A stretch of 64,000 nucleotides of DNA from the NCBI RefSeq assembly GCF_009914755.1, contig NC_060927.1. One strand, given 5' to 3'. The position numbers were made by a program, and so were the translations under genes. The stretch comes from the human T2T-CHM13v2.0 reference genome, Homo sapiens. The notes under the pieces were generated by a model that was not told the origin of the DNA, made no database searches, and worked only from the letters and a program-made list of their open reading frames with translations. Shown in pieces: positions 39,658 to 52,750 of the stretch (position 1 is the first letter of the stretch; each line of letters starts with the position of its first letter).

Positions 39658-40705
39658 TGTTTTAGTTATCTATTGCTATGTAACAAATTACTCCAACACT
39701 TGGTGGCTTAAAACAACAAGAATGTATTATTTCAAAGTTTCTGTGGGCCAAGTTTCTCTGAGTATCTCTGGCTCAAGGTTTGCAAAGAGGCTGCAGTTAA
39801 GTTGTTGTCCACAACTTTGGTCTCTTCTGAAGGTTCAAGTGGGGAGTGGGTTGGGCAAAGGATGAAAAGGACCTGCTTCCAGGTTTGCTCACATTACTGT
39901 TGGCAGGCTTCAGATGATTTAATTCCAAACCCAGTCATGTGATTGTTGGCAAGCTTCAGTTCCTCGTGGGCTGTAGGACTGAAACCTCAGTGCCTTGCTA
40001 AGCCTTACAGCCCTCTTCATATTATTGCTTATAACATGGCAACTTACTTTCCTCCACATGACTGATCTGAGAAAGACAGAGACATTTAGTGTTGTAAAGG
40101 AATACCTGAGGCTGGGTAATTTATAAAGAAGAGGTTTATTTGGATCACAGGCTGTACAAGACACATGGCTCCAGCATCTACTTCTAGTAAGGGCTTCAGG
40201 CTCCTTTCACCCATGACAGAAGGCAAAGGGGAAGCAGCATGTGCAAAGATCACATGGCAAGATAGGAGGCTGGAAAGAAAGTGGGGAGGTGCCAGACTCA
40301 TTTAAACAACCAACTCTCAGGAACTAATAGAATGATAACTCACTCTCAGGAACTAATAGAATGATAACTCACTCATTACTCTGAGGATGGCACCAAGCCT
40401 CTCATGAGTGACCTGCCCCCATGACCCAAACATCTCCCATGAGGCCCCAACTTCATCATTACCAAATTTCAGCATGAGGTTTGTGGGAACAAATGTACAA
40501 ACTATAACAGACAGAGAGCCCCAGATAGGGCCCCTATGGCAGAAGCCACATTATTTCTGTAATCTAACCTAGGAAGTTACATGGCATAACTTCAGCCATG
40601 TGATATCCACTAAATCCAGCTCACACTGAAAGTGAGGGGATTACATAAAGATGTGAACACCAGGAGGTGGGATTATTAAGGGTCATCCTGGAGGCTGTCT
40701 ATCAT
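39658..40705 (-). mobile_element. MLT1 (F/E-like) LTR, split by an MST LTR
   Basis: TGTTTTAGTTATCTATTGCTATGTAACAAATTAC..GGCTTAAAACAACA ... GTGAACACCAGGAGGTGGGATT. Confidence 0.8.
40083..40509 (-). mobile_element. MSTB-like MaLR LTR
   Basis: GTAAAGGAATACCTGAGGCTGGGTAATTTATAAAGAA..AGATCACATGGC..CAAACTATAACA. Confidence 0.85.
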
Positions 40706-40935
40706 GAGGATTAAATCAGACTGAAACTGGAATTTCTTAGGCCCTCAGAAGGGTTCTGATTGGCTCTGCTGGTGTTCAGTGCCTATTCCTGAAGCAATTG
40801 ACTGTGTCCATGGGTCAGAGTCACATTTTAAAATAGACCTGCTGAGAACCCAATTCTGAACAGAGTGGGAATTTTTCAGGGGAAAGAAGCTGAGCTACTC
40901 ATTCAAGTTATCCGAGGTTCTCATTGGCCCCTACA

Positions 40936-41003
40936 CAGACATGCACACATGTGCACATGCATAAACACACACACACACACACACATACATACATACATAC
41001 ACA
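40936..41003. repeat. (CA)n/(CATA)n microsatellite
   Basis: Directly visible. Confidence 0.9.
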
Positions 41004-41309
41004 TTTATACTTCCTGCTGACCAGGTCAAAGAATATATATTAACATATAAATAAATACATATACACACATTTATACCCGTGACCACCGTGCCTTTTATCT
41101 GTTGTACACGTTAGGATTCTGAAAATACCGTTGTTTGAATTAAGCTTTAAAAACTTTGAAAACTCACATTTGAAAGGACTGAGGTCCAGAAAGAGGCCAG
41201 ACTTTCCCAGAATCACAGAGCAAGTTAGTGACAGGGCATGGAAGAAGTTATGGGTTGGCAGAAGTCTAGTGTTTTATGATGGTGGCTAGAGATGACGGCT
41301 GAGACCTCA

Positions 41310-41743
<434 letters not shown>

Positions 41744-42704
41744 CTAGATCAAAGAAAGGTCTGTTTGAAATGAGTGAAACCTGCATTATTTGTTGGTTGA
41801 AGGGATAGAGTGGGAGGAGAAAAAGCAACTGAGGGAGCAGGAGACTTAAGAGAGAGAGTGGACAGAGCTAAGTGCTTGGGGAGAGCTGGGCAGGGTAAGG
41901 CCAGGAGTCCATGGGGAAGGATACAGGGCACTTCTTCATCAAAAGGAAAAGAAAAGGAGAAAAGAACGGGGAGGAGCTCTGAAAGATTTTCCTAGTGAGC
42001 CACAGGAAGCTGAGGAAGCTCAGAGCAGAGAAGATCCCTGCTGGCAAATCAAAGACAAGCTGTGAACTGGGGAAACTGAGGAAATAGGGTGCAGTTTGAG
42101 ACGTGGAAATGTGGAGAAGAATTTGCACGACTGCTTTGGGAAGCAATCAGACATTAGAAAACAGGAAATAAAAACTTAGTGATGAGTGGCGAGGGCTCAG
42201 CTGAGGTTGGAGGCTGGGACTTTGCAGGGAGCTTACTCTTGTCCCTTTCCCAGAACTTCTCTGACTGTCCTGAAACCAGCAACTCAGTGCAGACCCCTGC
42301 CCAGTGCTGTGGGATATGGGGATACCTAGATCTTTTCTGCTGCTTTTGCTTAGATCTGGGGAGGCTGATAAATTTGTTAATGGTGGCCAAATGGAGGATA
42401 TTATGAAGATGGGGACCAGCTGTTCTTCCTCTCCACCAAAGGAAAAAAATCAGGGCCTGTGGAATATGGAGAGAGGAAGAAGAAATGGAATTCAGTAGAG
42501 CAGAAAAATATCGCCCAGCTACATTCAGGAAAACAAACTCCTCATCATAACTTTGTTCTAAAGAACAGCAATTAGGTTATAGGATGACATATTTAATTCT
42601 TCAATTGGTTACTTCTGTTATGGGCTTAAAAATAAATGAACTTAAGCTATAGCTTGAGCTATTTAAGCAAATGTCAAGGAACACATTTGTGGGACTGTTA
42701 AAAA

Positions 42705-42940
42705 GCAGTATAGCATAATGGTTATTATTTATTATCATGGCCTTTGGAGCCATACTGTCTGGGTTTGAATCTTGCCTCTTAAAAATTGCATGGCCCTGGG
42801 TGAGTCACAGCCCTTTCATGTTCCATTTACTTCATCTCTAAAATGGTGATGACAATATGCCTAACTTACGGGGTTGCGAAAAGCTCTTAGAACAAAACCT
42901 GATAAACAATATTCCATAAATATTAGCTATTGGCTGTTAT
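42705..42940 (+). mobile_element. MIR SINE
   Basis: GCAGTATAGCATAATGGTT..TTTGGAGCCATACTGTCTGGGTTTGAATC..CATCTCTAAAATGG. Confidence 0.75.
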
Positions 42941-44744
42941 CATTTTTTTAAAAACCAGATTTCTTGGTGAGTTTCATAGAAATACTTGCTTTCAGAGTAG
43001 AGGATTCCAAGAGCCCTCGGTCCTATGGCTTTCAAACTGCTCTTCAGTGCTCAAGAGTGAAAGAGACATGCTTCTGGGGTTCCTTTGGGAGTAAAAAGGG
43101 AAAAAAGGCTGCTGTGGCTCTTACCCATTCCCCAGCTTCAGTGGGAAGAATAATGAGCCTAAGAATGAAAATAGCTCTGTTCTATCAATTTCACCTACTT
43201 TTCAGTTTTCTGTCTATATCTGGAAAGAAGCTTTCAATATTAAACAAAGAAAACGGAACTAATTTAACACATGAAGAGACTGAAGTCTAGAAGGAGAAAT
43301 GACTTCCCCAAAGTCAAATGCTGACTTTTCAGCAGAGCGAGATCTAGCACCCAGGCCTCCTGCCTCCCCTTCCGGGACTGCTTCTACTACAGCTTCCTAT
43401 GGGTTCGGGCCCCACCACAAAATGCCTAGAGACACATGGCCACCACCCAGGCTGCATATCACAATTTCATCATTATGCACCATGCCCCGCTCCAAGGTCT
43501 TGATCCCAAAAAGAACTTTCATCATGGAACTGTGGGGAAAGAGAGGAATATCCTAAAGTTTTTCCTAAATGTATGTATATGTGTGTATGTATTCCTAAAT
43601 GCATGATTGTTTTTCTTTCTCAAACAACCTAGCTTATTCACATTTCCTCTAAAGACTTTTTCTAATTCTCCAGACAATTGGCTATCCCTTCCCAGAGCTT
43701 CCTGCGGTGCATCTTCTCAGCATAATGTTTTCATGATCATTTTTTCCTGATGAATAAAATATCCTACTTTCAAGTCAATCATCTTTGACTTCCCAGTGCC
43801 AACTTCAGAGAATGGCACATAGCAGGCACTGGGCAGATAATGGAGATGAATACATGTTTTAAATCACCAGCTGATATACTAATGTGAAGAATAATTAGTG
43901 TTGCTGTTATTATTACAGTGAAGGAGCATAAGATATAACATTTCCTATTTCAATGAGCCACTTGCTCATTTAGGTTGGCTAAGAACTTTTGCAAAACTTT
44001 GTTTCTTTTTGAGAATAAGGTGTGAGTCCAATGTGCTGCATAGGGTTTAGTTTTTATTTGTCACATCAAATGCCTGTAGGGTGGGAGGAGGAGTGCAAAG
44101 AGAGTGGGAGAGACTGGTTAAGGGCAAGCACTGTCTGCAAAAAGGTTTCCAGAAGACCCTCTAACCCTGCACACATAAACTGGATACTTTTCTTTCTCAG
44201 ATACAAGGCCTGTGTATGAGCCCAGAGAAACTTCTTCTTGTAAGCACGCTCCATAGCTGACTGATTAGGGGAGACCTTTTAATGAAGGCATTAATAAAAG
44301 AAGCTGCAGCTCCAGAGGGGGCCTATACTAATTAGGATAGTGTCGGCCAGGAGAACGCCCACACAGACAGCTCTGTGTCTTTTCTGCAAGGGTAGGGTGC
44401 AAGGAGCTGCCAAGTTTTGCTGCCCCTGATGCCCTCTCTTTCCCACCTTAGGGGCCTGTTTGTTAATATCTATTTCCTACACACTCAACCCCCTGAGAAT
44501 GTGTATGCCAGCCCCGCCCCAGCCAGGACCTGGGGAGGTGGGACCTTTAAACCATCTGGGACACCTTCCTTCCTGCAGAAAGCATTGCAGTGATGCACAT
44601 TTCCAAGGAAGACAGAGAGACTGCAGTACTTGGCACTCCCAGCCTCTCGGTTTCCCTTGGCTTGGCAGTGAAACTTCTGACTTCCTCCCTTGGTTCCCTG
44701 CCCTTCATTTCATAACCCTCCATACTGACCAACATGATGTCACC

Positions 44745-45214
44745 TGTATCAGTCAGTGTTCTCCAGAGGAAAAACTATATATATGTAGATGGCCAATATG
44801 CATATAATGCTTATGTATATATTCCTTGAAATAAATAATTTATATTTATCATTTATTTATAATCATATATGTATGAGTTATTTCAAGGAACTAGCTGATG
44901 TAATTGTGAGGACTGGCAAGTTTAAAATTTGTAAGGCAGGCTAGCAGGGTGGAAATTCAGGCAGGACTGGCTGCTGCAGTCTTGAGGGAGAATTTCTTCT
45001 TCTGTGGGAAAATTCGGTTTTTTGCTCCTAAAACCTTTCAACTGATTAGATAAGATCCATCCAGTTGGAGAGTATAATCTCTTCTACTTAGAGTCAACTA
45101 ATGGTATATGTTATCTATGTCTACACAATACCTTCACAGCAACAACTTAAGTTTGTATTTGATTAAATAACTGAGTACAACAACCTAGCCAAGTTGGTGC
45201 ATAAAACAACCACA
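44745..45214 (-). mobile_element. MLT2 (ERVL) solo LTR, MLT2D-like
   Basis: TGTATCAGTCAGTGTTCTCCAGAG..CCTTTCAACTGATTAGAT..CCTAGCCAAGTTGGTGCATAAAA..ACA. Confidence 0.85.
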
Positions 45215-45567
45215 CCATTCTTTACCTCATTTGAACTTCCCAATTTCTTTTAGCTAAGCAGAGAAGTTAGCATTATCTACATTCCACAGATTCCAATGCT
45301 GAGGCTCTTCTGAGTGGTGATTTGTTCACTTGTACACAGCTAGTAAATGTTATTTCTGGATGTAATAATTAAACCACAGGTTTTGACGGTCTTAAATTCT
45401 TAAAGTTAGATCATACCACCTTTCTCACATAAAAGTCATTCATTTATGCATTCAGTAATCATGTTGTAGCCCAATCATGCGCTAGGTACTGATTGAGCAA
45501 GAGAGACCTGGGGTTCTGACATTTTGGAGCTGACTCTCTGGTGAGGGAGCCCAACACACTGACATTA

Positions 45568-45597
45568 TACACACACATGTGCACACACACACACACA
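45568..45597. repeat. (CA)n microsatellite
   Basis: Directly visible. Confidence 0.85.
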
Positions 45598-46103
45598 GCT
45601 GCTCACAGCATTTGAAAAGCTTCTTTAAAATGATTGGCAAAGTCTGGGAGAAGTAGGATTGTCATCCATAACAGAGAAGCATGGGACTGAGAAGGCAGCT
45701 CAGAATATGCAGCAATTGTTTTTCAAAGAGAGATGAGACAAGCTAAATAAACTCAGTTTCAGCGTGTTAAAGAAGAGTCTGAGATCCATGCCTGTGATGG
45801 AGAGGGTGGTGAATCAGGAGTCAAAAAAGCATATGTTGAATTTTTTCCTTTGGCATGAGCGACTGGTGGGAGCTGGGTTGGAGCCAACATGGGGCAGGCC
45901 AAGGCTTCAGCCGGAAGTGGACTGGTGGCACAGGGCGGCCAACCAGGCAGGCCACCCTTGGCTTCTGCTCCTGGGCTCTATGTGCTAAATCTCAGGAGGA
46001 AGAATGAATCAAGGATTACCCCTTTGGCTGATGGAGACATTTTGTTCACTTCACAAAATCAGTAAAGTATTTTATGTGGTTTCCAGCAAATGCAAAATAC
46101 ATA

Positions 46104-46694
46104 CAGGCATACATTGTTTTGTTGACTTTGCTTTATTGCACTTGACAAATACTGAGTTTTTTACAAATTGAAGGATTGTGGCAACCTTGCATTCACCAAG
46201 TAAGTCCACTGGTGCCAGTTTTCCAACAGCATGTGCTTCCTTCATGTCTCTGTGTCACATTTTGGTAATTCTTGCAATACTTCAAACTTTTTCATTATTA
46301 TCATATCTGTTATGGTGATCTGTGATCAGTGATCCTTGAAGTTAATATTACAACTGTTTGGAGTATCACAAACCACACCATATAAGATAGCAAACTTAAT
46401 AGATAAATGTGCGTGTTTTGACTGCTCTATGAATTGGCCATTCCCATGTCTCTCTCCCTCTCCTTGGATTTCCCTGTAACTTGAGACAATTAGATCAATT
46501 AACAACCCTACAATGGCCTCCAGGTGTTCAAGTGAAAGGAAGAGTCACACATCTCTCACTTTAAATCAAAAGTTAGAAATGACTAAGCTTAGTGAAGAAA
46601 GCATGTCAAAAGCCAAGATAAGCTGAAAGCTAAGCCTCTTGTGTCAAATTGGCCTCTAGCCAAATTCTGAATACAAATAAAAAGCTATTGAAGG
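46104..46694 (+). mobile_element. Tigger1 5' portion, including the start of a dead transposase
   Basis: TA|CAGGCATAC TIR. ATG at 46513 gives MASRCSSERKSHTSLTLNQKLEMTKLSEESMSKAKIS* (Tigger1 N-terminus), stop at 46624-46626. Confidence 0.92.
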
Positions 46695-46967
46695 GGCCAG
46701 GGGTGGTGGCTCACGCCTGTAATCCCAGCACTTTGGGAGGCTGGGGTGGGCGGATCACGAGGTCAGGAGATCGAGACCGTCCTGGCTAACATGGTGAAAC
46801 CCCGTCTCCACTAAAAAAAATACAAAAAAATTAGCCGGGTGTGGTGGCGGATGCCTGTAGTCCCGGTTACTCAGGAGGCTGAGGCAGGAGAATGGCGTGA
46901 ACCCGGGGGGCAGAGGTTGCAGTGAGCCGAGATCCCACCACTGCACTCCAGCCTGCATGACAGAGCG
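46695..46967 (+). mobile_element. AluY lacking its 3' end, poly-A tail and TSD
   Basis: GATCGAGACCGTCCTGGCTAAC and GAATGGCGTGAACCCGGG. Ends at GACAGAGCG. Confidence 0.92.
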
Positions 46968-46998
46968 TGAAGATGTGACTGAATTGTTGCAATTCATA
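46968..46998 (+). mobile_element. Short internal Tigger1 fragment
   Basis: TGAAGATGTGACTGAATTGTTGCAAT matches the recalled 3' part of the Tigger1 transposase (EDVTELLQ). Confidence 0.65.
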
Positions 46999-47072
46999 GG
47001 TCACATGCTGAGCTATTGGGAGTAGATATTTGACACAGGAATTTTGGAGGAGACACAATTCAACCCATAACA
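46999..47072 (-). mobile_element. MLT1 (B/C-like) LTR 5' fragment
   Basis: GGTCACATGCTGAG..GGAATTTTGGAGGAGACACAATTCAACCCATAACA. Confidence 0.75.
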
Positions 47073-48988
47073 ATCAATGTCTCTTAAATCCATTTTACCC
47101 TGGGAGGTAGGCAAAGCTAAGATTGTTATTCTCATTTATAAGATGGGTAAAATCATCAAGGCTCAGGACCACTGAGTAAGTGACAGATCTGTCCCTGACC
47201 TCACTCCATCCCACACTTAATACTGCAAGTTGTACCTTCAGGCTACATTAGGACACACGGAACCCCACTGATGTCCACGGTGTAGGTTCAGTAAGGGTCA
47301 AGCCACAGCCTATGGGCTTGTCAAGAAACTGCTGGCTGAGAGAAAATGACTGAATTAATAAAAGCACCTGACTGTGAAGCACTCCTGGAAGGGATTTTAA
47401 CCTGAAAAGGAATAAGGAATATTGCCAGGTCTGTATCCCATCAGTCTCCAAATACTAGGAAATGGTGCCAGATAGGGGTTGTGAAAAGTTAACTAGATAA
47501 TGAAAAGGTTAGCTGTACTCTTGGGGAACATTAACATTTATTTGTTGCCATAACTACATAGAATTATCAGCAAAGTTGGTGTAATCCAAAATAGGATCAA
47601 AATATTTGAATGAGATTATCTCAGACCAGAAAACCTTCCAAAATTACCTAGATTTTTCTAAAGGGAACAAGAAATGTTTAGCCTTATCATAAACCCAAAT
47701 TATGGCATGTCTGGTAGAGAACTGATTTGAGCCATAGCTCAGGCATCCAGAGAGCCCTGGAGAAAGCTTAAGGTTTGCAGTCAGAAAATATGGATTTGAA
47801 TCTCACCCTTGCTCTATCACTTTCTGGTTGGCTTGAAGACAACATGGGCAGTGGGATGTGCTGGGTCTTTTAGGTCAGCTTTTTTTTAAGCCCTTTTTTT
47901 GTTGTTGTTGACTTGCCAGAGATTTTTGTGGCTGTTGCATTACTTTAATAAATCTAGGATTGAACCAGGCAATTGATTGGCAAGTACAAACATCACTTGC
48001 CAAAAGGAAAAATTCACATTTCCATAGGGGTTGCTGGCATTTCCAGAGCAGTTTCTAGCATTTCCAGAGTTTTTAATTAGACGATGGTAGGCCCCATAGT
48101 CTAATAAAACTTGCTCAGAGTAACCCTCTGGACCACTATCCCTCACGGTGACATACATTGTTCAGGCTACAAAGGTTCTCCTAGGACTTAATCTCACTTG
48201 AGCCTCACTTCAATCCTGTCTGTGCACTGGGGAGGACAGAGTTTATTACCAGCCTGGACTGTCATGAAAAGACTAAATTTCACGAAACAGCTCATTGATT
48301 TTGGGGCCAGGATTTAAATTTGGACCCCTGGCCTCCTAGTTCACCACTCCACATTGCCTTCTGGCTTAGAATTATCAGTAGAAATTCCATCCCAGAACCC
48401 TGTGCAAGAGGCAGAGCTAATCCCCAAGTGGAGGATTAGTTTGTAAGCCTATGTTTACTGAGAACCTGTGCTCAGCCCTGCCATCCTCCTGTCCTACTGC
48501 CCTTCACCCCCAGCAAAGTGTCAGAGCCTTCTCCCCCAGGAGAAGGAAACTTAACACTGATTCCCACGTAAGCAACAGCTAGTTTCAATATGTCTTCCTC
48601 TTTACCAAAAAGACAGATTTTTCTTTTGCCATTGTATTGAATACAATTGTTTTAAAAATAATACTGAATGGTTAAAGAACATTAACTCACAATTTTATTT
48701 AGTACATTTTACTGAGGCCTATCCTATATCAAGTCCTGTGCTTTATTCTGTGGAAACAAAATTAATCAATGACAGACAGTGCTCCCAAGAAGCTCAGAGT
48801 CTCATAGGGAAATAAACCATACATGGAGATGGCAGGATGTGAGAGGGGAGACAAGGTGCTGATTGGTTGCACCACCAGCCTTGGAATCTCAGAACCTGAG
48901 AAGAACAGCATGGGGAGACCTCTTTTTAATTGTCCTTAGCTGTGGTGTTCATTCTGTAGACTAACTCATCCTACCCAAGCATCTGGAG

Positions 48989-49188
48989 CTGCCTGTCCAA
49001 AAGAATTGTTGGCATGTTAGAAATGCTCTATATCTATGTTGTTCAATATGGTAGCCTTGAATACAGTAATTCAGAAGCTACTGAGCACTTGAAATGTGGC
49101 TAGTGCAACTAAATAAATGAGGCTTTAATTTAATCCTATTTTCATGAATTTTAATTATAGCTAGGGGCTACTGTATTGGACAGTGCAG
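48989..49188 (+). mobile_element. MER3 (hAT-Charlie)
   Basis: CTGTCCAA..GAGCACTTGAAATGTGGCTAGTGC..GGCTACTGTATTGGACAGTGCAG. Confidence 0.85.
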
Positions 49189-50223
49189 GTCTCTGCAGGC
49201 AGGAAAGTGCCTAGCTCTTCATGACCATGTCATTGTTGGGGGTGCAGCTAGACGTGGTTATGGGGAAAGCTCTCTTGATGCTCTGCTGCCCCTCCGGGAC
49301 ATCTGTCATCACCTGCTTCTCCTGGTCTGTATGCCAGGAGGCTTACACATGCAGGGCTGGGTCCTCCGGAGTGTCACTAAACCAAAGTGGTCAGCCAGGC
49401 CCTCCCACACCTACATGTGACTACTACTAGCAACACTCCCTTCTCCTTTGAGAGATCAAAGTAATAGAGTCTGGCAAGATGCAGCTTTGGAAAGGTGCCG
49501 ACCCCCGTGACAGAGAGGCAATGAATTGTCCAAAACACCCTAGGGCCTACCTATCAGGCTGTGTGGCAGTCTGAAGGGCACGTGAACTGGACCTGATGAA
49601 ATCTCTGATCCAGCCCCAGCTGGGCCATAAGCTCACTCTGTGACCCAGAGCAGGCTGCTCCTCTTGCTGAGCCTCAGTTTTCTTTTCTGCAAAGTGAGAA
49701 GTTGGATTTCCTACTTCTTCAACTAGCTGAAAGCTTCTGCAACTATCTATTTATTCCCAGACACAGAAATTTAGAGAGTGAAAAAGGAAGTGTCTAGAGA
49801 TTTATTTTCTGATGTGAAGCACAGGGTAAAACTAATTTAGCCCCAAGAAAAAAATGGCAATAGTTGAAAATACCTGGTGTTATGGGTGGTAAGCGAGTGC
49901 TACTAGTGAACTTAACAGCAAGAAAAATAGCCTGAGAAGATTACAAAGGAGAAGGGGAAACTGACAAGAACAAGGATGAAAAGGAAGTGGAGGACAAAAG
50001 GCAGGAGTGGCAAAAGGGTCAAATACATAACAAGAGAATTATCAGTCATGCAAGTCAGTGAAGGGTAAAGAAGACAGGAATCAGACCTCCGTGAACTGGA
50101 GAGAGTGACTCAATCAGTGAGGAACAGTACATTTTATCCCTGACGCAAAAAAAAATCCTGACTTCTTTAGTTAGCATCTCAAAGCACAGAGGAGCAAAGC
50201 ATCTGCAGGAACAACTTCATCCC

Positions 50224-50540
50224 ATTCATTCATTCAGCAAATAGTTATTGAGCACTCCACAACAGGGGCTGTGAATCCTGCCTAAGTATCAGAATCACCT
50301 AGGGAGCTTGAAAAATAAAAACCTGATGTCCAGATCCATTCCCAGAGTCTCTATTTGAATTGGTCTGGGGTGGTGCTCTGTGTTGGTGGTCAGCTAAAAG
50401 TCCGCAGCTGATTCTAATGTTCAGCCTCAGCTGAGAACCTCCGGTTTCCTGTGTGCCAGGCATTGTGCAAACCAGGACATATAAAGGTAAACAAAACAGA
50501 CAAGGCCCCTGAACCCACCAGAGGCAGGTATTCTCCAACA
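50224..50540 (-). mobile_element. L2 3' end, interrupted by MER5A
   Basis: ATTCATTCATTCAGCAAATAGTTATTGAGCAC [MER5A] TGTGTGCCAGGCATTGTGC..GACAAGGCCCCTG. Confidence 0.75.
50263..50443. mobile_element. MER5A (hAT-Charlie)
   Basis: ATCAGAATCACCTAGGGAGCTTG..GCTGATTCTAATGTTCAGCC..GCTGAGAACC. Confidence 0.75.
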
Positions 50541-51077
50541 TAATCAAGACCCAGTGAGGTTTGTGGGGTAATATTTATCTCTATACCACAGATGAAGAAA
50601 GTGATACTTAGGTGGTTTATTCCCAAGATCACACAACCCGGAAGTCGTTAGTTGAGGACAGCCTCATCAGGCCAAGTCTCAACATCCAGTGCTCCTTCCC
50701 TGACACTATACCACCTCAGAAAACAGGATACAGAGAAAAGGAACCTTCCAGTGATCCCTTCTCTAGTTTTCAGATACCTGAAAGGTTCAACAGGCTCTGG
50801 CCACACCTACAATTATCAGACCTTTAAGTACCCATGGGATGCAGAGAATGACTGAAGGCTGGATACCCTGGGACAGACCTATTGTGGATTACAGTAAGAA
50901 GACACCTTACTAGAGATACCCAAAAAGGGGAAAGATGCAAATTTACAGATGCCTAATATTTGCCAGGCACTGTGCTAGATGCTAAAGACACAAAGATGAA
51001 AGACAGTCCCAGTCCTCAAGGGATATAGAGCCTGGAGGAAACACGTGCAGTATGACTCAATTGTGAATGTTCTAGAG

Positions 51078-51419
51078 AAGTTGGCAAGCTTTTTCTATAA
51101 GGGTTCAACAGACAATACATATTTTCAGCTTTAATGGCTATGTGGTCTCTGTCACAACTACTTGATTCTGCCATTGTAATGCAAAAGCAGCTATAGGCAA
51201 TACTCAAATGTACGAGCACAGCTATGTTTCAACAACATAGGATTTGTGGAGACTGAAACTCGGATTTCATCTCATTTTTATGTGTCATGCAATACTATTC
51301 TTCATTTCATGTTTTCCAATCATTTAAACATGTAAAAAATCATTCTTAGCTTGCAAGCTGTACAAAAAAATAGATGGTGGATTGGATTTAACCCCTGGTT
51401 TGTAGTTTGCTAGCTCCTG
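51078..51419. mobile_element. MER58B (hAT-Charlie)
   Basis: GTTGGCAAGCTTTTTCTATAAGGG..GTCTCTGTCACAACTACT..GTAGTTTGCTAGCTCCTG. TSD TTCTAGAG / TTCTGGAG. Confidence 0.82.
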
Positions 51420-51769
51420 TTCTGGAGGTGTTGTACCAGGGAGCTGGGGGAAAAAATGGCCACCTGGATCAGCCTTGGGGGATCAAGGGAGGCTTCTCAA
51501 AGGAGATGGCACTTTAACTTCTCCCAATTCACCTGGGTGCCCTGCAGACAGCGGTCATTTTCCTAGTTTGAACATGACCTATGAACAGACTCCAGTGAAT
51601 TCTCTGGATATTCTTTAAAGGAGGAAAAAAAATAAGATTTTAAAAAATGTTTCTCAGATATTTTAATGATCACCAGATGCCCCTTCTGCATTGGAATATA
51701 GAGCTGAGAAGTTCTCCTCTGATGTAAGATCCCTACTTTGTTAGAAGTTAGGGAAGACGACAATGGGAA

Positions 51770-51985
51770 ATAACATTTATTGAGCTTGTATATGTTTCTG
51801 GATGTGTCAGAGACTTTTTACTTGAGTTTTCTCATTTAATCCTCACAATTGCCCTGCATGTTAATATTATCTCCATTTTAGAGATGATGAAAATGAAGCT
51901 TAGAGATATACATATTCTCAAAACCACAAAGTTATTACATGGTAGAGTTGAGGCTTGTATTCAGGCTATTGGATTTTAAGGTACA
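51770..51985 (-). mobile_element. MIR SINE
   Basis: TAACATTTATTGAGC..CTCATTTAATCCTCACAA..CCATTTTAGAGATGATGAAAATGAAGCT. Confidence 0.8.
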
Positions 51986-52426
51986 ATTTCCCTTATTATT
52001 CTTCCTTTCCTTGTAAAGCAATTATATCTTATGAACAAGGAGGTTTTTAAACAGAATTAAAATAGCACAAAAATTTTTAGCAAAACTAATTACAAATAAT
52101 GAACCAGGAAAATACCTTGGAAAACTAGCTTCCAATTAAAATTCATCTGGAAAATATCACCCATCAGCCTCACTTGCTCACCTGCCTGGATCAAAGTTTC
52201 TTTCAATTAAAGAAAGACAGGGGTTGGTAGGAAGAGCAACAGCTTTTTAGAAAGCCAGTCTTCATGAGGGCTTTGAATATTATTGAAGTCTGAAAGATTT
52301 ATATTTCTGAGGATAATTCTTATGGGGCAGTTTGAGAATCAAAACCTTTATATATATAAAAGAGTTCTACTACGGTAATAAATAAAATTCACATATTACC
52401 TCTTTAATACTCTACGTAAGCTTCTT

Positions 52427-52750
52427 CTTTTTTTTTTTTTTTTTTTTTGAGATGGAGTCTCGCTCTGTCACCCAGGCCAGAAGGCCAGAGTGCAGTGGTG
52501 TGATCTTGGCTCACTGCAACCCCTGCCTCCCGAGTTCAAGCGATTCTCCTGCCTCAGCCTCCTGAGTAGCTGGGATTACAGGTGGGCACCTCCACGCCTG
52601 GCTAAGTTTTTGTATTTTTAGTAGAGATGGGGTTTCACCATATTGGCCAGGCTGGTCTCAAACTCCTGACCTCATGATCTGCCCGCCTCGGCCTCCCAAA
52701 GTGCTGGGATTACAGGCGCCCAGCCTGTATGTAAGCCACTACGCCCAGCC
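52427..52750 (-). mobile_element. AluSg-like SINE
   Basis: Full dimer with poly-T. TSD T[C/G]TA[C/T]GTAAGCTTCTT at 52411-52426 and 52751-52766. Confidence 0.93.

Noticed and set aside
46513-46626. Possible domesticated Tigger transposase (TIGD-like)
   Set aside because: Stop at codon 38 and most of the ORF is deleted.
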